From IMG/VR virus record IMGVR_UViG_3300027754_000112, positions 1 through 56,620 of that record: a stretch of DNA of 56,620 nucleotides; one strand, given 5' to 3'. Within the stretch, counting starts at the first letter, position 1; the number at the start of each line of letters is the position of its first letter. Both the position numbers and the translations under genes were made by a program. A model generated the notes under the pieces. The model made no database searches. It saw only the letters and a list, made by a program, of their open reading frames with translations, and was not told where the DNA came from. Positions 49,971 to 56,620 of this stretch are shown in pieces. The DNA comes from a virus (Duplodnaviria; Caudoviricetes).

Positions 49971-50516
49971 ATGTATATCAGTTTAAAAAGATTATTGGAG
50001 GCAGAAGCAGTTCCAGCACCAAAGTCACCGGTTGCAAATGCTGCTGTGCCTGGTCCGACTAACCCCACATCTGATCCAGTTAAAAAGACGCCACAATCAG
50101 ATACACAATCAGATACATCATCTGATAATTATAATTTGAAATTTGATATTGATGATTTTGAAAACAAAATGTCTCAATCATCTGAAAAACTTAAGAATGA
50201 CTTTAAGGATAAAATCTTGTTAAAGATTGGAAATAAAAAAATTCAAATTCGTGCTTCAAAGGGATATGGACAACCTGAGAAGGACTTTGTTGTAAATGTT
50301 GATATGGTAAGTATTGATTTTTACTATGAAAAATATGTTGTTGTGATCAAAGGGAGAGAACCTAACAAACAAAAAGAAGGAGAGTATTTTATTAAGCCTC
50401 CGTATGTCATAAAGTTATTGGGAACCGCTTCTGTTCAAAAGAACAAAACACCATCTCAAAAACCTTCGCCGGTAGTTCCTGACGTGACTCAAAATGTTGC
50501 AACGAAGGGGATTTAA
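49971..50516 (+). CDS. Hypothetical head-region protein
   Basis: 181 aa with a 'SLKRLLEAE' leader. Confidence 0.7.
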   Translation: MYISLKRLLEAEAVPAPKSPVANAAVPGPTNPTSDPVKKTPQSDTQSDTSSDNYNLKFDIDDFENKMSQSSEKLKNDFKDKILLKIGNKKIQIRASKGYGQPEKDFVVNVDMVSIDFYYEKYVVVIKGREPNKQKEGEYFIKPPYVIKLLGTASVQKNKTPSQKPSPVVPDVTQNVATKGI

Positions 50517-50521
50517 TTATT

Positions 50522-51145
50522 ATGATCAATAAAAAATTATTAATGGATTGCATATCGTTTGAAATAAGCCGAGATGTAATCAACGAAGCAATGAAGAGAA
50601 ACGGTCCTTTTTTAGTGAAAGGGACTCTTCAACGTGCTGACGCAAAAAATCAAAACGGTCGCATTTATCCAAAACGCATTCTTGAAAGAGAAGCTCAAAA
50701 ATACGAAGAACATTTTATTAGAGAGAGAAGAGCCCTCGGTGAATTGGACCACCCAGAAAGTTCGGTTGTTAACTTAAAGAATGTAAGTCACACTGTAACC
50801 CGCATGTTTTGGGAAGGGGACGATTTGATGGGGGAAGTTGAAGTGTTACCGACTCCAAGTGGAAACATTCTTAAAGAACTTTTTGCATCTGGCATTCGTT
50901 TGGGGATAAGTTCCAGAGGCATGGGCAGTGTTCGTAAAAATGTACATGAATCAGCAGATGAGGTTCAAGACGATTTTGAACTAATTGCATTTGACTTCGT
51001 ATCAAATCCCAGCACTAAGGGTGCTTTTCTATCTCCCGAATCTGACACGTCTTTGAATGAGAGTATAGTAATAAAAAACCCAGAAAAAAATAAGTGGGAA
51101 AATGTTGAAAATATTATTCGTGATATTTTAGGCGAAATTAAATAA
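50522..51145 (+). CDS. Prohead core protease (gp21-like)
   Basis: 'NQNGRIYP', 'ALGELDHP', 'VSH', 'LGISSRGMGS' and 'DFVSNPS'. Confidence 0.95.
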   Translation: MINKKLLMDCISFEISRDVINEAMKRNGPFLVKGTLQRADAKNQNGRIYPKRILEREAQKYEEHFIRERRALGELDHPESSVVNLKNVSHTVTRMFWEGDDLMGEVEVLPTPSGNILKELFASGIRLGISSRGMGSVRKNVHESADEVQDDFELIAFDFVSNPSTKGAFLSPESDTSLNESIVIKNPEKNKWENVENIIRDILGEIK

Positions 51146-51159
51146 TAATTAGTTTGACT

Positions 51160-51191
51160 ATATAGCATATGACTTGATACATATGCTATAT
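51160..51191 (+). promoter_or_regulatory. 12-bp hairpin overlapping the start codon of the downstream endonuclease-like gene
   Basis: ATATAGCATATG (51160-51171) pairs with CATATGCTATAT (51180-51191); the ATG is at 51190. Confidence 0.7.
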
Positions 51192-52881
51192 GGACACAAC
51201 AGTAAATTGGCTTAAACAACATATATTACATGACCGGGGATTAATTTCAAAGAAATGTAAAAAAGAATGGTTTGATAAGTATAATTTTTCAAATCAATAT
51301 CAAGAAATATTAAATTTCACAAATTTTTTGGATGAAATAAATCCGTCATTGCCACAAAGAATTTGGCATTTGTTAAATAACAAGTTAGAAAAAAATAAAT
51401 GTAAAAATCAAGGATGTAGTAATACTACATCTTTTTTTTCTTTTAATAGGGGTTATTTAGATAACTGTGGGCATAAATGTGCGCAAAAGAACACAAATAC
51501 TTCAGAAAAAATAAAATCCACAAATTTAAAAAAATACGGAGTGGAATATGGATTAAGTAATAAAGATGTTATAAATAAAAGAAATCAAACTGTTAGAAAT
51601 AAATATGGGGTGGATAATATATCACAATTAAAAGAAACTTCAGAAAAGAAAAAACAAACATGTTTGAATAATTATGGGGTTGAATGGATATTGATGGATT
51701 CCGTCATAAGAAGAAACGGAATGATTGAAAAATATGGAGTGGATAATAATACCAAACGAAAAGAAATAAGAGAAAAATATTCCAAAGAAAGGCGGGAGAG
51801 TTTTTATGATTCTTTGTTTTCAACCAACAGATTAAATGGAAAAATAGTGCCGTTGTTTACCAAGGAAGAATATAAAGGATCAACACATGACCATATATTT
51901 AAGTGTATAAAATGTTCAAATGAATTCGTTGACAAACTTGAAGACGGAGACCTTCCCCGTTGTAAAATTTGTTATCCAGTAAGCGGGTCGTCTCTTTTTG
52001 AAAAAGAAATAACCGAATATATTAAAACACTACTTCCCAATGATATTGTTTTAGAAAATGATAAAAAAGTATTGCGTGGATTAGAATTAGACATTTATAT
52101 TCCATCAAAAAATATAGCAATAGAGTGTAATGGACTATATTGGCATAGTGAAATTGGTGGTAATAAAAATAAACAGTATCATATCAACAAAACAAATGAA
52201 TGTGAAAAACAAAATATTCACCTGATTCATGTTTTTGATGACGAATGGATAGACAAAGAATATATCGTAAAATCAAAATTGCGTCATATATTAAATTCAA
52301 GTGTCACGGATAAGAAAGTCTATGCTAGAAACTGTGTAATAAAAGATGTAACTATATCAGAAAAGAATGAATTCTTACAAAAATATCATATTCAGGGAGA
52401 AGATTACAGTCAAATTAAATTGGGTGCGTTTTATGAAAATGAATTGGTTGCGGTGATGACTTTTGGAAAACCCCGTGTTGCTATGGGTCATAAAAATATA
52501 AACAAAGGCGATTATGAATTGATACGATTCGCTACATCAAAAAATGTAGTTGGTATAGCTAGCAAACTATTATCATATTTTACAAAATTATACACTCCAC
52601 AAAAAATTATAAGTTATGCGGACAGACGTTGGACATATCTGAATAAAAATGTATATGAAAAAATAGGATTTGTTAAAATATCAAATGGAACTCCAAATTA
52701 TTGGTATATTTCGCCTAAATCAAATAAACGAATCTATAGATATAATTTCAGAAAACAAACACTGAAAGAGACGTTACAGATATTTGACCCAAATCTTACC
52801 GAGTGGCAAAATATGCAATTGAATGACTATGATAGAATCTGGGACTGTGGGTCGATAAAATATGAATTAATTTGTAAATAA
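51190..52881 (+). CDS. Free-standing homing-endonuclease-like protein, paralog of 40470-42272
   Basis: KYG repeats, 'ELDIYIPSKNIAIECNGLYWH' and 'YARNC..YHIQG..SYADRR..IWDCG'. Confidence 0.7.
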   Translation: MDTTVNWLKQHILHDRGLISKKCKKEWFDKYNFSNQYQEILNFTNFLDEINPSLPQRIWHLLNNKLEKNKCKNQGCSNTTSFFSFNRGYLDNCGHKCAQKNTNTSEKIKSTNLKKYGVEYGLSNKDVINKRNQTVRNKYGVDNISQLKETSEKKKQTCLNNYGVEWILMDSVIRRNGMIEKYGVDNNTKRKEIREKYSKERRESFYDSLFSTNRLNGKIVPLFTKEEYKGSTHDHIFKCIKCSNEFVDKLEDGDLPRCKICYPVSGSSLFEKEITEYIKTLLPNDIVLENDKKVLRGLELDIYIPSKNIAIECNGLYWHSEIGGNKNKQYHINKTNECEKQNIHLIHVFDDEWIDKEYIVKSKLRHILNSSVTDKKVYARNCVIKDVTISEKNEFLQKYHIQGEDYSQIKLGAFYENELVAVMTFGKPRVAMGHKNINKGDYELIRFATSKNVVGIASKLLSYFTKLYTPQKIISYADRRWTYLNKNVYEKIGFVKISNGTPNYWYISPKSNKRIYRYNFRKQTLKETLQIFDPNLTEWQNMQLNDYDRIWDCGSIKYELICK

Positions 52882-52914
52882 CAATTTTTTCTTTATATTT
52901 ATATGTATAATCAT

Positions 52915-53319
52915 ATGATAAAATTAAAACCAATTGTAGAAGATGTAAGTGCCAAATCAATGGTTTCGTTGGAAGAAACACCTCGAAAATTAACAAAGGA
53001 AGAAAAAAAGGCTTTACATGATTTAGTTAGTGAATATAACAAATATGGAAAAGTATTACGCCAATATGAGGAAATTACAAGCGTAGCAGAAACACTCAAG
53101 AAAATCGCAGAATATGCTGAGGTTTATGCCGTCAATGAATGTTGCGATTGGATGCAAGCCGGTGTAGCAAAACGTCATTTTGCTGAAATTAAAAAACACG
53201 CCGACGGTTTCAAAAAACTCGCAAAAGATGTTCATGAGAAAAATACTCATATGGTTGCTCTTTATGAAGATATGGGATCAATTTTGCAACGTTATTTTAC
53301 CATCGTATCCGAAAAATAA
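52915..53319 (+). CDS. Helical hypothetical head-region protein
   Basis: Start at 52915 (MIKLKPIVE) is preferred because TATTTATA at 52896-52903 overlaps ATG 52903. Confidence 0.7.
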   Translation: MIKLKPIVEDVSAKSMVSLEETPRKLTKEEKKALHDLVSEYNKYGKVLRQYEEITSVAETLKKIAEYAEVYAVNECCDWMQAGVAKRHFAEIKKHADGFKKLAKDVHEKNTHMVALYEDMGSILQRYFTIVSEK

Positions 53320-53345
53320 AATAAATAAAATTTAATCCTCACAAT

Positions 53346-53386
53346 AAAAAACCCTCTATTCTAAAAAAATAGAGGGGTTTTGTTTT
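53346..53386. terminator. Bidirectional intrinsic terminator between convergent genes
   Basis: An AAAACCCTCTATT / AATAGAGGGGTTTT stem with A and T tails. Confidence 0.85.
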
Positions 53387-53398
53387 ACAAGATATAAC

Positions 53399-53722
53399 TT
53401 AAATTTCAACTGCTCCATGTTTGTTAATATGATTTATCATATCAATAAAAGTACGAAACACATGTTTTCTAACATTCACAACTAACCAATATCCACGTTT
53501 ATCTTTATATACGGTAATTTTTAGTGGGGTTGAATGGATACCTTGATGTCTATCTTTAACATGATTATATTGTAATCTGGTTTCTCCTTCTGGAGCGAAT
53601 CCCATTCCAAATAACCAATCCAATTCTGTCCAATCCCATCCATTTGGATGGTCAATGTCATCTATTTTATATTCGGACAAAGACGTGTCTTCTTTTGAAA
53701 TTAATGATCTTAAATGTGTCAT
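53399..53722 (-). CDS. Hypothetical protein
   Basis: 107 aa; ATGA overlap with the upstream minus-strand gene. Confidence 0.7.
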   Translation of the reverse strand: MTHLRSLISKEDTSLSEYKIDDIDHPNGWDWTELDWLFGMGFAPEGETRLQYNHVKDRHQGIHSTPLKITVYKDKRGYWLVVNVRKHVFRTFIDMINHINKHGAVEI

Positions 53723-54372
53723 AGATTTATATTCATTGATTTTTTCATAAAATTATACAACAAACCGGTAGTTTCTGCTTTTTTGTTTTGATCCAATGTA
53801 TAATTATTGTCTTTATCTTTGATTAAATTATCAATTGGATCGGATAGTCTGTAATAGACGGTGGTCGATTTGATTGGTTCTTTTAAATAATCATCTTCAT
53901 TTTGATATTTTATATACCAAATTCCATATTTCATAGAAGTGGAACTACTGTCTGACTTGTTTATCAATTTTTTAATTACAAAGTAAAAATTATTTCCATT
54001 TACGTCTTTTGAAAAACTCAATTCATGACCACGTACAGATGATGGATTTTCTAAATTTGGACTCACAGGACTTATAATTTCTTTAATTTTATCAATTTCA
54101 AATTGTTCAAATTTTAATCCAAAATTATTAGATAACTCTTTTCTTATATCAGAATTGTTCTTTTTCATATCAATATCTTCGTCGATAATTGAATTAGATG
54201 TTATTAATTTTTTAAGAAATTCCTTCAATTTTGTTCGGATTTCGTTCTTTTTTGCATCAGAAACATTGGCGTGTAATGCTGAAAGGTATCGTGTTATACT
54301 ACCTTTTGTGCATCCAACTTTTTTGCCCGTGTCTTGTTTATAGATACATTTACCTCGGATTGAATATGGCAT
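53719..54372 (-). CDS. Hypothetical protein
   Basis: The likely start is 54372 (MPYSIRG), 5 nt downstream of a minus-strand TATTTATA (54385-54378). Confidence 0.7.
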   Translation of the reverse strand: MPYSIRGKCIYKQDTGKKVGCTKGSITRYLSALHANVSDAKKNEIRTKLKEFLKKLITSNSIIDEDIDMKKNNSDIRKELSNNFGLKFEQFEIDKIKEIISPVSPNLENPSSVRGHELSFSKDVNGNNFYFVIKKLINKSDSSSTSMKYGIWYIKYQNEDDYLKEPIKSTTVYYRLSDPIDNLIKDKDNNYTLDQNKKAETTGLLYNFMKKSMNINL

Positions 54373-54428
54373 AATAATATAAATATCAAAAATTTTATAC
54401 ATTTTCAATTTTTTATTTATATTTATAT

Positions 54429-54520
54429 TTTAGTATTACGGCTTTTCTTTGCCGCTTCGATTAATTATGAATCCTAATTGAAGTTCATTATCAATAACTT
54501 CAGAACAATATAATACTAAA
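54429..54520 (+). promoter_or_regulatory. Structured 5' leader of the scaffold/capsid operon
   Basis: A 10-bp closing stem TTTAGTATTA/TAATACTAAA encloses CGGC/GCCG and TGAAGTT/AACTTCA hairpins. Tandem TATTTATA at 54414-54427 lies just upstream. Confidence 0.55.
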
Positions 54521-54525
54521 TCAAT

Positions 54526-55530
54526 ATGTCAAATTTATTAAAGGAGGCAATTGCCGACGCTAAGGCGGTTCGTGCTACTGCCCTCGCGAATGCAAAGGCT
54601 GCATTGGAAGAAGCTTTTAATACAAAAGCTGAAGCAATGTTAGCAGAAAAACTTAAACAAGAAATTTTCGGTAACGAAAATGCTGAAATGGCAGAGTTTG
54701 TGCCAGCACAATCGTCCGGTATTTCAAATCTAGATCCAACTGGTGACAGTGATGGTATGCCATTGACAGTTGATCGATATCCGGATGGAATATCTGAAGA
54801 AGAAGTAACAAGTGAAGAACTTGATGAAATTCTTGCTGAACTTGAAAAAGAAATGGGAGATGAACCAACTGCACCAGTTGCACCAGTTGCACCAGTTGCA
54901 CCAGTTGCACCAGTTGCACCAGTTGCACCAGTTGCACCAGATGCACCAGTTGCGCCAGATGCATCAGATGTTCCCGCTGCACCAGAATCATCGGCAACTC
55001 CCGACGAAGTTGATGAAGAAATCAATCTACAAGAACTTCTGGACACCTTGAGTGAAGAAGTAGACGAAGATGTAGATGTAGATACAGAGGAAAATTCTGA
55101 AGAGGGTGCCGAAGAATATGCCGAAAGTATTAAAATCAAGAACGACTTGAATGAGGCTTATAAGGTAATTGAATATCTTCGTTCTCAAATCAACGAAATC
55201 AATTTGTTGAACAGTAAGTTGCTTTATACCAACAAGTTGTTCAACGGATTCAATTTGACCAAGGGACAAAAGACCACGGTCATTGAAACATTTGACTTAG
55301 CGAAGAGTGTTCGTGAAGTCAAGTATGCATACACAATTTTGTCCGAATCATATAGTTCAGGTGGATCGACCGTCAAGAAAACTAATACGGTTGCAAAAAC
55401 TATCACCGAAGGTTTGGCAAGTAAACCGATTGCATCAACAGCTCCTTCACGGGACGTTATTGTTGAAAATAGCAATGAGTTGGCTGCAAGATTCCAAAAA
55501 CTCGCCGGAATCAAAAGAGCAGTTAAGTAA
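54526..55530 (+). CDS. Prohead scaffolding protein (gp22-like role)
   Basis: An acidic helical protein directly upstream of the major capsid gene, with '[13 protein letters not shown]' and '[22 protein letters not shown]'. Confidence 0.7.
   Translation: MSNLLKEAIADAKAVRATALANAKAALEEAFNTKAEAMLAEKLKQEIFGNENAEMAEFVPAQSSGISNLDPTGDSDGMPLTVDRYPDGISEEEVTSEELDEILAELEKEMGDEPTAPVAPVAPVAPVAPVAPVAPVAPDAPVAPDASDVPAAPESSATPDEVDEEINLQELLDTLSEEVDEDVDVDTEENSEEGAEEYAESIKIKNDLNEAYKVIEYLRSQINEINLLNSKLLYTNKLFNGFNLTKGQKTTVIETFDLAKSVREVKYAYTILSESYSSGGSTVKKTNTVAKTITEGLASKPIASTAPSRDVIVENSNELAARFQKLAGIKRAVK
54871..54960 (+). repeat. 9-bp in-frame tandem repeat (APV x7, then APD/APV/APD)
   Basis: GCACCAGTT tandem array. 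Confidence 0.95.
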
Positions 55531-55578
55531 AACGTAAACTTAGGCGAGTAAAATCCAAACAAATAAAATAGAAATTAT

Positions 55579-56620
55579 ATGAATGATATTAAGTCATTAT
55601 TGACAAACAATATGAATCCACAAGCCAAATTGATGGCTGAAACTCGTGGATTACAACAGAAGTGGGATAAAACTGGCTTGCTCGAAGGTCTACAAGGATC
55701 CGATAAAGCAAACATGAGTATCCTGCTTGAAAACCAAGCAAAACAGTTGCTTGACGAAGCTACCGCAACCGGTACTTCAGGAAATAGTGAACAATGGGCT
55801 GGCGTTGCTCTCCCACTCGTTCGACGTGTATTCGCAGAAATCAGTGCCAAGGAATTCGTAAGTGTACAACCTATGAATCTTCCTTCTGGTCTGATCTTCT
55901 ATCTTGACTTCAAGTATGGTACCAATGTCCCTTCTTCTACAGTCAGTGATTACTCTGGATCCGGTAACAGCTCATTGTTCGGTGGAACTGCCAATGCAAA
56001 ACTCGGTTCTACCGATGATGCTACTGGCGGTCTATATGGAGCAGGTCGTTATGGTTTTAGTGAAAAGTGGAATGTGTCGACCGCGTATACTACTGCGTCC
56101 GGAAACTTTACTACCGGGTCCGCAACCGCCAACGATCTTCAGCAGGATGCTGCTTACACTTCTAGTATATTGGGATTCACTGGAAACAAGATTACTATAA
56201 TCGTTGGATCTAATAGCCAAAACATTGATTTGAACGCGGCTCGTTCACTTCAACTTTCAGGTTCCGCTATCACCAGTTCCAATATCTTAAGTGAGTATAC
56301 CAAGGTATTGAATACTGGTACTTTGGCTAGTCCAAATTATCAAATAGTATTCATTCATTCCGGCTCAGTGGCGGTACCGGCAGGTGGAGGCACCGCTTAT
56401 GTATTGTACAGCACGCAACCTACTGATAGTACTCGGGGTGACTTTGAAGATAAGTTTACTACTGCTGGTGCTGGAACTTCTGGTTTGAGTGCGGATATCG
56501 GCATTCCTGAAGTCAACTTGGAACTCAAGAGCGAACCAATCGTCGCTAAGACTCGTAAGTTGAAGGCTGTCTGGACTCCAGAACTTGCTCAAGACTTGAA
56601 CGCATATCACTCTATTGATG
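55579..56620 (+). CDS. Major capsid protein (gp23-like), truncated by the window end (absent from ORF track)
   Basis: ATG 55579; 'KW..TGLLEGL', 'LPLVRRVF', 'VSVQPM.LPSGL.FYLDF.Y' and in-frame 'AKTRKLKA.WTPE.AQDL.AYH.ID'. Confidence 0.95.
   Translation, partial: MNDIKSLLTNNMNPQAKLMAETRGLQQKWDKTGLLEGLQGSDKANMSILLENQAKQLLDEATATGTSGNSEQWAGVALPLVRRVFAEISAKEFVSVQPMNLPSGLIFYLDFKYGTNVPSSTVSDYSGSGNSSLFGGTANAKLGSTDDATGGLYGAGRYGFSEKWNVSTAYTTASGNFTTGSATANDLQQDAAYTSSILGFTGNKITIIVGSNSQNIDLNAARSLQLSGSAITSSNILSEYTKVLNTGTLASPNYQIVFIHSGSVAVPAGGGTAYVLYSTQPTDSTRGDFEDKFTTAGAGTSGLSADIGIPEVNLELKSEPIVAKTRKLKAVWTPELAQDLNAYHSID

Noticed and set aside
54516-56610. Minus-strand and off-frame ORFs over the scaffold and capsid genes, including GAT/QLV/HQL repeats
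   Set aside because: They are alternate readings of the APV repeat and of the capsid gene, whose true frame starts at 55579.
1-56620. Stop-codon reassignment, tRNA genes, group I/II introns
   Set aside because: Conserved genes are intact in the standard code, with TAA, TAG and TGA all used as stops. No cloverleaf or intron-split gene was recognised.

Overview
AT-rich segment of a very large T4-like myovirus (huge/jumbo phage) genome, almost entirely on the + strand and read in the standard genetic code. It covers the virion module: Ser-rich tail-fibre-like paralogs, a gp55-like sigma factor, baseplate spike and wedge genes, a RuvC-like resolvase, primase, a fused SbcD-SbcC (gp47-gp46) nuclease, tail sheath, terminase, a portal with two inteins, prohead protease, scaffold and the 5' part of the major capsid gene. 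The most unusual signals are: (1) four intergenic ~75-110 bp non-coding elements in two families, each a promoter-like motif plus hairpins resembling IS200/IS605 TnpB omega-RNA ends, with no tnpB/tnpA in the window; one is paired with a 35-bp copy of its would-be guide. (2) Two GC-rich 7-blade RCC1 propeller cassettes inserted in-frame in baseplate genes, with conserved framework DNA and hypervariable loops. (3) Two nuclease/GNAT-like fusion genes whose start codons lie in hairpins. (4) A structured RNA leader before the scaffold/capsid genes. (5) A poly-HxH spike tip and many in-frame tandem repeats. All calls come from motif recognition by eye; no database searches were run.
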